Below are positions 19,668 to 29,516 of a stretch of 64,000 nucleotides of DNA, piece after piece. The stretch lies in the IMG/VR virus record IMGVR_UViG_3300032223_001943, positions 1 through 64,000 of that record; one strand, written 5' to 3'. This stretch comes from a virus. The notes under the pieces were generated by a model that saw only the letters and a list, made by a program, of their open reading frames with translations, did not search any database and was not told the DNA's origin. A program made the position numbers and the translations under genes. Positions within the stretch are counted from its first letter, which is position 1, and each line of letters opens with the position of its first letter.

Positions 19668-20531
19668 TTATTTAATTCCTATTGATGTTGATTTAAACCA
19701 GTCTGGAATATTTTCCGTTTCTGCTTTTGGTGCTGGTTTCGGTTGAATTCTTTTCCCAGGTCTAAATGGATCGTTTTTGTCTGGTGTTGTTGTTGGTTTT
19801 GTCCCAGGTTCTTTAATGCCAGGTTTCGTTGGAGCAATTGCCGGTTGTTCATTAACTTCCTTTTTCGCTTTTGGCGCTGGTTTTGGTTGAACACGTTTTC
19901 CTGGTCTGAATGGGTCATTTTTATCTGTATCTTTTTCCTTCTCTTTTTCTTTTGTCCCTGGTTTTGTAGGAGCAATTGTCGGTTGTTCATTCATTAAACG
20001 TCCAATTGTTTCCATTAAATCATTTTTAGTCATTGTAGGAAATAGTTGTGATTCAATAATTCTTGATAAAGATTCTTCAATTTGTTTATCTTCCGCTTTT
20101 TTTGGTAAACCTTTATGTTTTGTTGAAGCGAAATCTTTAACATCTTTTTTTGTCATATCTTTTGCAACTTTACCAGCTTTACCTTTTTTCGGTAAATCAC
20201 CTTTTTGCATCGCACTGACAACTCCGAAGAATTTTTGTTGTTGTTTTGATACCGCTTTTTCAGTCATTTCACCTTCGTTCGCTTGAGTGATAATTGTTTT
20301 ACCCCCCTTATTAGAAACCGACATACCACCTAGACTTGTTGAAGTACCAGCGGGTAATTCAGTTTGTTTAACAGTTTTTGTTGTTGTTATTGGCTGAGCT
20401 TGTTCCTTTTGTTCCTTTTTTGATTCTACTAATCTATTATGTAAAACATTAACTTGATTTTCGTTTAATGAAAAAACAAAAGATGGTTTTAAACCACTCC
20501 CAATTAACTCAATTTTTTTATCATTTTTCAT
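19668..20531 (-). CDS. Hypothetical protein with a DUF3008-like segment and a duplicated Pro/Lys-rich repeat
   Basis: AVSKQQQKFFG..KDFASTKHKGLPKK; two copies of NEQP.IAPTKPG...DKNDPFRPGKR.QPKPAPKA. Confidence 0.75.
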   Translation of the reverse strand: MKNDKKIELIGSGLKPSFVFSLNENQVNVLHNRLVESKKEQKEQAQPITTTKTVKQTELPAGTSTSLGGMSVSNKGGKTIITQANEGEMTEKAVSKQQQKFFGVVSAMQKGDLPKKGKAGKVAKDMTKKDVKDFASTKHKGLPKKAEDKQIEESLSRIIESQLFPTMTKNDLMETIGRLMNEQPTIAPTKPGTKEKEKEKDTDKNDPFRPGKRVQPKPAPKAKKEVNEQPAIAPTKPGIKEPGTKPTTTPDKNDPFRPGKRIQPKPAPKAETENIPDWFKSTSIGIK

Positions 20532-20931
20532 ACACTACTTTTTTTTCAAACTCTAAAACGATATCACGTTCGTATAATTTATCTTTAACAGTTTGTTCAT
20601 CATCACCATAACGAAAAACTAATCTTTTATTTAATCCAAAATCAATTTCATTATCATCATTTTCCCATCCCAACGCGATCACTCCATCAATGGCATCTGC
20701 CATACAAAAATAATCAGAATTTTGAATCACAGCTAAAGTTATTTCATTATTTTTTAATACACCAACTTTTTTTACATATTCGATATCTGGTGGTGTTGGG
20801 TAACCATTAGCTGGTCTAGCATCCCAATTTTCACCCCAAATTTCGTCGTTAGAATCTTCAGTGAAAATAAATTCGTATATATTTTCACCTTTATAATTCG
20901 GACCAAGTTCGTTGATGTAAATTAAATTCAT
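20521..20931 (-). CDS. Hypothetical protein
   Basis: 136-aa ORF in the same operon. Confidence 0.75.
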   Translation of the reverse strand: MNLIYINELGPNYKGENIYEFIFTEDSNDEIWGENWDARPANGYPTPPDIEYVKKVGVLKNNEITLAVIQNSDYFCMADAIDGVIALGWENDDNEIDFGLNKRLVFRYGDDEQTVKDKLYERDIVLEFEKKVVYEK

Positions 20932-20933
20932 TA

Positions 20934-22169
20934 TTAAATCACTTTATAACCACCTTTTGTTGATACATTCAACTTCATATCTTCAACTTCAAACACTAAA
21001 CCTTTACTAATTGTTTTACCAACAAATTTAGCGTTAGGATATTTCTCAACAACTTTTAATGAAGAAAATTCTTGTGTTGTATTTTCAGATAATTGTTTGA
21101 TTTTATCAATTGTATTTTTTCTAGTTTCTTTTTTTGTTGATTCTTTAACGATTTTTTTGTCAAAATATTTGTTTAACACTTGATCAACTTTTGCTTCAGA
21201 AAATATTTCTTCAAACATTTCTTCAACTCTAGAAGATTCATCGTCCGATAAGTCATGGTGTATTTTTTTTCTAGCACCACGGTTTTGGTGTGTGTTGTAT
21301 TCTTCTTCAAAATAATCTTCGTCTGCGAATTCTGAAGCTTCAGCCATTTCACCTTGAGGTTCAGCGGGAACTTCTGGTTCAACTTCATCACCTAAATCAA
21401 AATCATCTTCCATACCCAAACCTTCTTCAGATTCAATATCTTCCAATTTATCAATAATTGATTCTCTATCTTCTTCTTCTAATTTATCCAACTCTAATGC
21501 AGATAATATTGAATTGATGACGTATTTCATATCGTTTGAAGATAAACCTTGTTCATCTTGTTGGTTAAATTCTCTAACTTTTTGAGCCAATCTTCCAGTT
21601 ATCTTTTGGATTGTCTTAACCGATACTACTTCGTCATCTCCTTCCTCGCCCATATCAAGATCCATATCTTCCACTTCATCACTTACTGGTAATTCTTCTC
21701 CACCCTCTGGTGCTGGGGCTGGAGCTGGTTGTGGAACTGGTGCTGGAGCTGGAGCTTGTTCGTTTGCTTCAGTTTTTTTACCTAAATTAAGGTAGTACGA
21801 TACATTGTCACTTTCAGTAAATAAAGAAACATTTTTTTCGTATCCTTCATTAACGTTTACTTCTTTAGCAACTATGTTCAATCTTTTGAATGCTTGAGAA
21901 TAGGAATTGTAATATTTTCTATTTTGCATTGGTTCAAGATAATCAAAATTTTCTTTTGATTCTGAAATGGTTTTTTTAATCACATACCCATTTTTTTCTT
22001 TATCAATTCTATATGTATTACCATCCGCTAACGTGATTTTATACTCAGTAGATTTATTTTCATTCACTGGAGTAGGAATATTTTCGTTATAGCGAGCAAT
22101 CTCCATAATACGATTGATTTTCGCCATTCCATCAAGTTTTTCGCTACCAATTGGTTTTAATCCGCCCAT
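20934..22169 (-). CDS. Acidic hypothetical protein with PA-rich linker
   Basis: 411-aa ORF; ATATTTAT motif upstream. Confidence 0.75.
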   Translation of the reverse strand: MGGLKPIGSEKLDGMAKINRIMEIARYNENIPTPVNENKSTEYKITLADGNTYRIDKEKNGYVIKKTISESKENFDYLEPMQNRKYYNSYSQAFKRLNIVAKEVNVNEGYEKNVSLFTESDNVSYYLNLGKKTEANEQAPAPAPVPQPAPAPAPEGGEELPVSDEVEDMDLDMGEEGDDEVVSVKTIQKITGRLAQKVREFNQQDEQGLSSNDMKYVINSILSALELDKLEEEDRESIIDKLEDIESEEGLGMEDDFDLGDEVEPEVPAEPQGEMAEASEFADEDYFEEEYNTHQNRGARKKIHHDLSDDESSRVEEMFEEIFSEAKVDQVLNKYFDKKIVKESTKKETRKNTIDKIKQLSENTTQEFSSLKVVEKYPNAKFVGKTISKGLVFEVEDMKLNVSTKGGYKVI

Positions 22170-22246
22170 TGTTATATGTTTTTAGTAAAATTATTTTTTT
22201 TTAGTTATCTATAAATATATAGTATTATGTAATAATTATCAATTAA

Positions 22247-22999
22247 TTAATTTTTTAATTCCTTCAATGACAATTTTTTATCTATTAACTTATTTTTTAA
22301 TGTTCTAATTTTTTCCAAATAACCATTTCTACGTAATACCTTAAACACTAAATTTTCATCCGAATATTCACCACCTTTTTGTAAACCACAAACTCGGTAT
22401 TTGTTTAATTTATCACTGTATTTTTTGATTAATTTTTTTGCGGATTCAATATCTTCATCTTCGGTATTTTCAACAACACCGTCAATTATTTTCATCCATT
22501 TTTTTGCTTTTGCTTGGATTCTGGAATAATTGATTTCCATATCTTCTTTTTTTGGATTAACCAACCATTCATTTAATAATATGGAGTAAATTCCGATATC
22601 TTTTGGTTTTTCAATAACTGAATCATCTTCAATATAAACCTCAACATCATACCCATAAATGGTAATATCATGGTTTTTATTATATATTGATTTTTTAAGA
22701 TAAAACAAATCATCATATAAATCCTTCTCCTTCTCGTTGAATTGGTCATAATCAACCATTAAATGAATATCCACGTCAGAATAATCCGACCAGTTATAGT
22801 TTGCTAAAGATCCAGTCATAACAATATCTGAAATGACAACATCGACTTCTAGGGATTCAATAAAATCATTGGCAATTTCTAATAAACGATTTCTAACTTT
22901 ATCGGTTAATATATATTGATCACCAACTTTTTCCCAAAATTTGGGGTTAAGTTCGTCTTTAATCTTAAAACTAGTCAATATTGATCTTAAATTATTCAT
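22247..22999 (-). CDS. Pol-beta-family nucleotidyltransferase
   Basis: hTGS-x-NYN.S.YSDVDIH (GS..DxD) motif plus a later VEVY acidic residue. Confidence 0.8.
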   Translation of the reverse strand: MNNLRSILTSFKIKDELNPKFWEKVGDQYILTDKVRNRLLEIANDFIESLEVDVVISDIVMTGSLANYNWSDYSDVDIHLMVDYDQFNEKEKDLYDDLFYLKKSIYNKNHDITIYGYDVEVYIEDDSVIEKPKDIGIYSILLNEWLVNPKKEDMEINYSRIQAKAKKWMKIIDGVVENTEDEDIESAKKLIKKYSDKLNKYRVCGLQKGGEYSDENLVFKVLRRNGYLEKIRTLKNKLIDKKLSLKELKN

Positions 23000-23029
23000 C
23001 TATAATAAATATTGAACAATTGAATAAAA

Positions 23030-23272
23030 TTATAATTTTTTGTATTTAAACGTTCGTGCAATTTTTGTGGAGAAGAATTTCCCTTGTGATTCTGCCATTC
23101 TGAATTGTGTATATGTTTGTAATGGTACTTGTTCATATTCATATGTTAAACCATTCTTAAACTCAACCAATAAGGTGTTTAATTGAACATCATATGTTGT
23201 TTTAACAATGTTTGATGATTCTATTTGGTTGATGATTTTTGACCCATCAATAACTTCATTAATAATTCCCAT
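23030..23272 (-). CDS. KTSC domain protein
   Basis: SSNI....YD.....L.VEFKNG..YEY..VP...Y..F..AES.GKFF. Confidence 0.9.
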   Translation of the reverse strand: MGIINEVIDGSKIINQIESSNIVKTTYDVQLNTLLVEFKNGLTYEYEQVPLQTYTQFRMAESQGKFFSTKIARTFKYKKL

Positions 23273-23307
23273 AATTTTTTTATTTAATTATAGGATAGTA
23301 TACGTGT

Positions 23308-23685
23308 TTAATCAATGAATAATATCGGTGAATCTAAATTAAACTTAATTTTCAACCAATCATTAATAATTTTACGAGTATCATCAAAATCCTGATCAAT
23401 AATATTAAGAAAAAAATCAAAAATTTCAGGTTTAACCCTAATAAATTTATCCATTGATGATATTTTTTTAATTGGTATAAAGAATACTAATTTCCCTCTT
23501 TTATCCATATAATTAATAAAGACAAAATCCTCAACAATTGTTAGTTCCTTGAAGTTATCCAAATAAGATTCTGGATTGTCAATATACGCTTGTTTGAGAA
23601 TGTCCACACCGAATAGGTTCAATGATTGATCTAATCCCAACATTTCAACTGTTGATCTAATCTTATATTTCAATTTTTCTTCCAT
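23308..23685 (-). CDS. Paralog family member 2
   Basis: MEEKLKYKIR...LG......LFG.D..KQAY.DNPESYL. Confidence 0.75.
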   Translation of the reverse strand: MEEKLKYKIRSTVEMLGLDQSLNLFGVDILKQAYIDNPESYLDNFKELTIVEDFVFINYMDKRGKLVFFIPIKKISSMDKFIRVKPEIFDFFLNIIDQDFDDTRKIINDWLKIKFNLDSPILFID

Positions 23686-23699
23686 AAGATAAACATTAT

Positions 23700-24086
23700 T
23701 TAATAGGGAATCCATTTCGGGGATAACTCACCCAAATTATAATTAACTTTTAACCACCCCGTCATAATTTCTTTAATTTCATCGTGGGTATAACCCATAA
23801 TTTCCTCAAGAAATTTTATAATAATATCACGTCTTATCCAATAAAACCCATTTTTTGAATCTTGGTCTGTTTTATAATAACTAAATAAAATTTCATCGTT
23901 ATTATCAACATAAATAACATCACCATCTTCTTCAACTGGAGTTAAATTATTAAATTGATTTAAGAATAATAATGGATTATTGTTATATACTTGTCGGATT
24001 ATATCATCACCAAACATTTGTCTGGATTGTTTTAACCCTAATTGTTTAATTATTAACCCAATCTTATATTTCAGTTTTTCTTCCAT
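23700..24086 (-). CDS. Paralog family member 3
   Basis: MEEKLKYKIG...LG..Q.R..FGDD.I.Q.Y..NP. Confidence 0.75.
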   Translation of the reverse strand: MEEKLKYKIGLIIKQLGLKQSRQMFGDDIIRQVYNNNPLLFLNQFNNLTPVEEDGDVIYVDNNDEILFSYYKTDQDSKNGFYWIRRDIIIKFLEEIMGYTHDEIKEIMTGWLKVNYNLGELSPKWIPY

Positions 24087-24104
24087 AAAACAAATATAAT
24101 AAAA

Positions 24105-24133
24105 AAACCCCAAACTTATTAAGAATGGGGTTT
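24105..24133. terminator. Repeated terminator hairpin (identical copies at 24247-24275 and, inverted, 31709-31737)
   Basis: AAACCCCATTCTTAATAAGTTTGGGGTTT; each copy is followed by TATATTTG. Confidence 0.8.
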
Positions 24134-24140
24134 TATTTTT

Positions 24141-24230
24141 ACCTAGGGGTGGGGTTTTAAACCTTCATCGGATTACGCCAGATGACCTACGACTGGTATT
24201 ATTTAGTGATTGAACCAGCAACAATCATAT
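24141..24230 (-). ncRNA. Candidate structured small RNA
   Basis: GC-rich ~90 nt between a TATATTTG promoter (24237-24244) and a terminator; stems CUGGU/ACCAG, UAGG/CCUA, UCAUC/GAUGA, GGUU/AACC. Confidence 0.45.
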
Positions 24231-24298
24231 TATGTACAAATATAAAAAACCCCAAACTTATTAAGAATGGGGTTTTATTTGTTCATTAACAAAAAAAA

Positions 24299-24790
24299 TT
24301 AAATAAGGGTTACAGTTTTTTTCTTGTCTTTTTTGTTTTTAGGTAAAGTGATAGTTAACACACCATTAGTTAATTCAGCATTAACTTTTGTTGAATCATA
24401 TTCATAAGAAGTTAAAGTAACATTTTCGTTAACTGTTTTTGTGTACGTATTTTCACCGTAACCATATTCTCTTTTTCCTTCAATTGTTAAAACGTTATCG
24501 GTAATTTCAACTGTTAAATTTTTCTCGTTAAAACCAGGTAAATCAAACGTTAAATAAGTTGCGTCATCGGTTGTATAAGTTTGAGGAGTCAACCAATTTG
24601 TGAACAACGGAGTTAATGAAGTTGTTCCAGCAACTGTTGGCCAAGTTGTGTTAGGTCTATTCCAGTTATTTGTTGGCCAGTTGTGATTAGGAGTGTTTAA
24701 TTTACGGGATGAATCTCTGAATTCGTTAACGAAATTTCTCAATTCTTGGTCAAAATTATAACCTAATAAGTTCTCTAATGTTTTTGTCAT
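24299..24790 (-). CDS. Small heat-shock protein Hsp20
   Basis: DLPGF....L.V.I....LTIEG.R ... A.L.NGVLTITLPK alpha-crystallin motifs. Confidence 0.92.
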   Translation of the reverse strand: MTKTLENLLGYNFDQELRNFVNEFRDSSRKLNTPNHNWPTNNWNRPNTTWPTVAGTTSLTPLFTNWLTPQTYTTDDATYLTFDLPGFNEKNLTVEITDNVLTIEGKREYGYGENTYTKTVNENVTLTSYEYDSTKVNAELTNGVLTITLPKNKKDKKKTVTLI

Positions 24791-24930
24791 CGTTTTATTT
24801 TTTTGTTAATATTTATTTTATATCACAACAATAAGTGATGAATACTCAAAAGTCAAATTTTGTCAGATAAATTTTTATTTAATTGATATTTTACGGCTTT
24901 TGGATTAAACTTAAATTAAATAAATTATTT

Positions 24931-25224
24931 ATGATTGAATCAACAGATAACGACGGACGCGGTAGTAAGAATAAGAATTCTTCAGAATCTTCAACTCCAG
25001 TTTTAGATAACTTCAGTAAAGACCTTATTAAATTAGCCGAGCAAGGTAAAATTGATCCGGTTATTGGTCGTGAAAGCGAAATAACCCGTATCGCACAAAT
25101 ATTATCTAGAAGAAAAAAAAATAATCCAATCATAATTGGTGAACCAGGATGTGTATTGGGGGATACTTTTATCGAAGTTGAAAAAGTATCGGAGGTTAGT
25201 TCACATAATATTGAATTAATGTAA
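24931..25224 (+). CDS. clpC: ClpC/ClpB ATPase N-terminal fragment plus 24-aa N-intein
   Basis: [40 protein letters not shown] then CVLGDT (intein block A) and TAA. Confidence 0.9.
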   Translation: MIESTDNDGRGSKNKNSSESSTPVLDNFSKDLIKLAEQGKIDPVIGRESEITRIAQILSRRKKNNPIIIGEPGCVLGDTFIEVEKVSEVSSHNIELM

Positions 25225-25263
25225 TATTTATTGGTGTGGGTATTTCCCCACACCTGGTATTAT

Positions 25264-26433
25264 ATGGAAATATTATATAGAAAAAAGGTGATATCCGAAA
25301 TTTGTGTTTATAATGAATTAGAAAAATTCATTATTGATAATTCATTTTACAAATATTTCAAAAAATTCCCGAATGAAAAAATCACCGAAATTCAAGAAAT
25401 GATTGAAAAAACAAATTCACTGTCATATAAAAATATTAAACCTTGGTTAAAAACAATATTAAAATACCCCGAATCTATTAATGATAAAAAATTTCTTTTA
25501 TGTATGGGGTGGGATGAAGATGAAGTTGTTAAATTTATTAGTGACAATCAAAAAAACAATTCTAAAAAACTTATAATCAAAAAAACAGAATCCCCCGAAA
25601 AATATTATAGTACTAACCCTAAAAGGGTGGAATATTGGATCAATAAAGGATATTCAATTCATGACGCTAAAATAAAAGTATCTGAATCACAACGAACCTT
25701 TAGTAAAGATATCTGTATTAAAAAATATGGTGAAATAGATGGGTTACATATCTTCAATGAACGACAAACAAAATGGATTAAATCGTTAAATAATTTAGAA
25801 AATTATGATGATATTCAGAAGTTAAAAAATTCATACGATTATAATAAAAAGTCAACCCAGGAATTAATAGACCGATCTTCATTTATTGAATCAACTAAAT
25901 TTATAATAAGTGAAGGGGTAAAATTAAAAACGATAACAGAATTCATTGAATTTGTTTTAAGTAAAGTTGATTATAAAACATTCAATGATATTCAACCATA
26001 TATTACTAGTAAAATAATCCAAAACCATTTTAATATTAATAGTGAAGGTATTAAACATATTTTTTATGAACTAACATCACACAATTTAATTCGGTCATTA
26101 TATGGGACTCCGGTTTATCACAACGGTATTAGATTTAAAAGTGTTAAAGAGTATAAAATTGCGTTATTATTAGAATATAAAAATTTGGAATATATTTATG
26201 AAAAAGGTTATCCAAATAGTAAATATAAATGTGATTTTTATATACCTTCAAAAGATTTATATATTGAGTACTATGGTATGTTAGATGGTAAAAATTTTGA
26301 AAAATTAAATAATAATCAAATATATTATTTAGATAAAATGAATGATAAAAATCGTTATTGTGAATTAAACAAAATAAATTTGATTTATGATACCGATTTT
26401 AATAATCTTTATAAAAGAATAAATAAATTATGA
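25264..26433 (+). CDS. Free-standing putative homing endonuclease between the split-intein halves
   Basis: FKS..E..IA..L....L.Y.YEK.Y.....KCDFY......YIEYYG, a PD-(D/E)XK/Vsr-like C-terminus; YWINKGY and KKYGE repeats. Confidence 0.7.
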   Translation: MEILYRKKVISEICVYNELEKFIIDNSFYKYFKKFPNEKITEIQEMIEKTNSLSYKNIKPWLKTILKYPESINDKKFLLCMGWDEDEVVKFISDNQKNNSKKLIIKKTESPEKYYSTNPKRVEYWINKGYSIHDAKIKVSESQRTFSKDICIKKYGEIDGLHIFNERQTKWIKSLNNLENYDDIQKLKNSYDYNKKSTQELIDRSSFIESTKFIISEGVKLKTITEFIEFVLSKVDYKTFNDIQPYITSKIIQNHFNINSEGIKHIFYELTSHNLIRSLYGTPVYHNGIRFKSVKEYKIALLLEYKNLEYIYEKGYPNSKYKCDFYIPSKDLYIEYYGMLDGKNFEKLNNNQIYYLDKMNDKNRYCELNKINLIYDTDFNNLYKRINKL

Positions 26434-28670
26434 AAATTAAAATTAAAGATTTTTTTGACCTAGTTGAGTCGGAGGGAGGGTCTTATAAAATCAAAACCCC
26501 ATCTGGTTATAAATTAATTGGTAATTTATATAAAAAATTAAATAAGGAATGTATTAAAATCACATTATCCAATGGAATGGAGTTGTCTGGTTCTATTGAT
26601 CACCTTGTTGAGGTTTCTAAATCAACATTAAATCCAACAGTTGTTTTTGAAAACGAAGCACTATGGATTAGTTTAGGTAATATTACTGAAGGTGAATTTA
26701 TCTACACTGAAGATAATGAACTTGTTGAAATTGTTAAATACGAAGAAATTGGTATTCATAATACTTATGACCTTGAAGTATTAGACACTGAACGTAAATA
26801 CATTTCCAACGGAATTGTATCACATAATTGTGGAAAAACCGCGATTGTTGAAGGTCTAGCGATCAAAATATTAAATGGTGAGTGTCCTAGAAATTTAATG
26901 GATAAACGTATCGTATCATTGGATATGACTTCAATTGTCGCTGGGACAAAATATAGAGGTCAATTCGAGGAACGTATGAAGGTTATCATTGAGGAGTTAC
27001 AAGCAAACCCAGATATCATCGTTTTTATTGATGAAATCCACACCATTGTTGGTGCGGGAAACACATCTGGAACAATGGATGCTTCTAATATCTTCAAACC
27101 AGCATTAGCTAGAGGTGAAATACAATGTGTTGGTGCAACAACATTGGATGAATATAGGAAGAATTTTGAAAAAGATGGTGCATTGGAACGTAGATTCCAA
27201 AAGGTGATACTTGATTCCACAACAAAAGAACAAACATTGGAAATTCTTAAAAACGCAAAAGAACGATATGAAAATTATCATAAGGTAATATATAATGATG
27301 AAATCTTAATCACTTGTGTTGAACTAGCTGAACGTTATATCACCGATCGTGAATTCCCAGATAAAGCTTTTGATATTTTGGATGAAGTTGGAGCTCGAAG
27401 TCAAGTTGAGGTTAAGATGCCAAAAGTGATTGAGGATCTTAAACAAGAGGCGAAACAAATTAAAGTTGAAAAAATTAGTGTTGTTAAACGTCAAGACTAC
27501 GAAGAAGCAGCAAACCTACGTGATAAGGAAAAACGTGTGTTAAATAAATTGGATAACGAGAAAAAGAAGTTTGAAGAAGAATTAAATAAAAACAAACGTG
27601 AAATTGCGGTTGAACTTGTTTATGAAGTTGTATCTAATATGACAAAAATTCCAATTTCAAAATTAAACTCGGATGAAGCAAAACAACTTATTGGTCTTGA
27701 AGATGCTTTAAATCAAAAGGTTATCGGTCAATCTGAAGCGGTTAAGAAAATTGTTAAGTCAATTAGAAGAAGTAGAATCGGAATTAAAGACCCAAATAAA
27801 CCTATAAGCTACATCCTATTGGGTCCGAGTGGTGCTGGAAAAACACATTTAACAAAAGAATTAGCAAAACAAGTTTTTGGTAGTGAAGATGCGTTGATTA
27901 GAATTGATATGTCAGAATATCAAGAACAACATTCAATTTCAAGATTAATCGGTTCACCCCCAGGATATGTGGGCCATGAAGAAGGTGGTCAATTAACTGA
28001 ACAAGTTAAAAACAAACCTTATTCTGTTATTTTATTAGATGAAGTTGAGAAGGCGAATAAAAACATTTATCAAGCGTTCCTACAGATGTTGGATGATGGT
28101 CATTTAACGGATGGTTTGGGTAGAAAAATCAATTTCAAAAATTGTATTGTTATTATGACTTCAAACTTGGGGGTTCGTAAACTACAAGAATTCGGTACTG
28201 GTATGGGATTCTCAACGGGGGATAAGAAATACGCTGAGGAGGAACAAAAACGTGAGATCTTGAAAAAAGAGTTACAAAAATTCTTTGCACCAGAATTCCT
28301 TAATAGAATTGATGAAGTGATATTCTTCAACAAATTATCAAAAGAAAATGTTAAGGAAATCGTTAAACTTGAGGTGGAAAAATTAATCCAACGTATTAAG
28401 AAAATTAATTATCACTTCTTAATTGACGACAGTGTTGTTGAACTTATCGCTGAGGTTGGGTTTGATGAAAATTATGGGGCAAGACCACTTAAACGAGCAT
28501 TACAAGATAAGGTTGAGGATTATATTTCCGAAGAAATCTTAAATGGTATTATTAAGGAGGGTCAAGAATATAAAATTATTGCGGTGAATGGTGAAATACA
28601 AATTGAACAACCAACCGAACAAATAATTGAAAAACCTAAAAGAGGTAGAAAAAAGAAGGGGGACGAATAA
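26430..28670 (+). CDS. clpC: 133-aa C-intein plus ClpC/ClpB ATPase C-terminal fragment
   Basis: TPSG, S.DHLV (block B), TYDLEV, YISNGIVSHN|CGKTAIVEGLA; AAA1 FIDEIH and GATT; AAA2 GPSGAGKT, LLDEVEKA, PEFLNRID, YGARPL. Confidence 0.93.
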   Translation: MKIKIKDFFDLVESEGGSYKIKTPSGYKLIGNLYKKLNKECIKITLSNGMELSGSIDHLVEVSKSTLNPTVVFENEALWISLGNITEGEFIYTEDNELVEIVKYEEIGIHNTYDLEVLDTERKYISNGIVSHNCGKTAIVEGLAIKILNGECPRNLMDKRIVSLDMTSIVAGTKYRGQFEERMKVIIEELQANPDIIVFIDEIHTIVGAGNTSGTMDASNIFKPALARGEIQCVGATTLDEYRKNFEKDGALERRFQKVILDSTTKEQTLEILKNAKERYENYHKVIYNDEILITCVELAERYITDREFPDKAFDILDEVGARSQVEVKMPKVIEDLKQEAKQIKVEKISVVKRQDYEEAANLRDKEKRVLNKLDNEKKKFEEELNKNKREIAVELVYEVVSNMTKIPISKLNSDEAKQLIGLEDALNQKVIGQSEAVKKIVKSIRRSRIGIKDPNKPISYILLGPSGAGKTHLTKELAKQVFGSEDALIRIDMSEYQEQHSISRLIGSPPGYVGHEEGGQLTEQVKNKPYSVILLDEVEKANKNIYQAFLQMLDDGHLTDGLGRKINFKNCIVIMTSNLGVRKLQEFGTGMGFSTGDKKYAEEEQKREILKKELQKFFAPEFLNRIDEVIFFNKLSKENVKEIVKLEVEKLIQRIKKINYHFLIDDSVVELIAEVGFDENYGARPLKRALQDKVEDYISEEILNGIIKEGQEYKIIAVNGEIQIEQPTEQIIEKPKRGRKKKGDE

Positions 28671-28689
28671 TCCCCCTTTTTTTTATATG

Positions 28690-29487
28690 TTAAACCAAAA
28701 TAGATTTTAACGGGTATAATTTACAACCCAACTTTTCAATCATATTTTTTCCAGTTTTAATTCCATTAAACACATCTTCAACAACAACGTATTCATTTTT
28801 AGTATGGTAGTTATAATAACCGATTGCGAAGTTAATACAGGAGAAGTTATATTTACGTTTTAGAGCCATAACATCTGTATATGGGTGTGATTGATAATCA
28901 TTTCTACTATTAAATCCTTCAGTTAATACATTATCACAAACATTAAAGAATTCACTATCCCTATCAAACAATTGAACCCCCCAACAATATTCGGTAACCA
29001 TGGAATTTCCTGGTGCATCAAACTCAATAACATATCCGACGTTTTCAAAAAATTCATCATCGGCATTCATTGATCCGTGACAACCGGTTTCTTCGGATAC
29101 AAATAAAGCGACCTTTAAGTTTGGTAGTTGATCCAATAATGTTAAACACGCAAATACACCGCATTTATCGTCACCCCCAATTCCGGTGGGGTTGTTATCA
29201 TCATTATATGCTTTTAAGGCAAGTTTGATTTCCCCTTGTTCATTTGGTAGTTGTTCTTCAACGATGTTTATTGTATCGATATTATGAACGGTATCGGTAT
29301 GTGCAACAACGCATGGGAAGTATTCAACATCATCTGTTTGTTTGGTGATGTATACATTATTCATACCATCCAGATAATATTCATATTTTTTTTCATGAAG
29401 ATAATTCACCAAAAAATTGATCATCATGGTTTCTCTATAGGTTTTTGTCGGAATGGACAAAACTTCCTTTAATAATTTCGTTTCCAT
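28690..29487 (-). CDS. Zn peptidase/hydrolase (M28/M20-like)
   Basis: AHTDTVH, GGDDKCG, SEETG, GYYNYHT..E motifs. Confidence 0.8.
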   Translation of the reverse strand: METKLLKEVLSIPTKTYRETMMINFLVNYLHEKKYEYYLDGMNNVYITKQTDDVEYFPCVVAHTDTVHNIDTINIVEEQLPNEQGEIKLALKAYNDDNNPTGIGGDDKCGVFACLTLLDQLPNLKVALFVSEETGCHGSMNADDEFFENVGYVIEFDAPGNSMVTEYCWGVQLFDRDSEFFNVCDNVLTEGFNSRNDYQSHPYTDVMALKRKYNFSCINFAIGYYNYHTKNEYVVVEDVFNGIKTGKNMIEKLGCKLYPLKSILV

Positions 29488-29516
29488 AAAACAAATATAA
29501 TTAAAATTTCAATTAA

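Noticed and set aside
24141-24230. Hammerhead ribozyme, SRP RNA or tRNA
   Set aside because: CCGAUGA resembles CUGAUGA but there is no GAAA core; no SRP GGAA loop motif and no cloverleaf.
25224-26430. Group I or II intron carrying the endonuclease inside clpC
   Set aside because: Only about 40 non-coding nt on the left and none on the right, with no P/Q/R/S or domain V elements. A split intein fits better.
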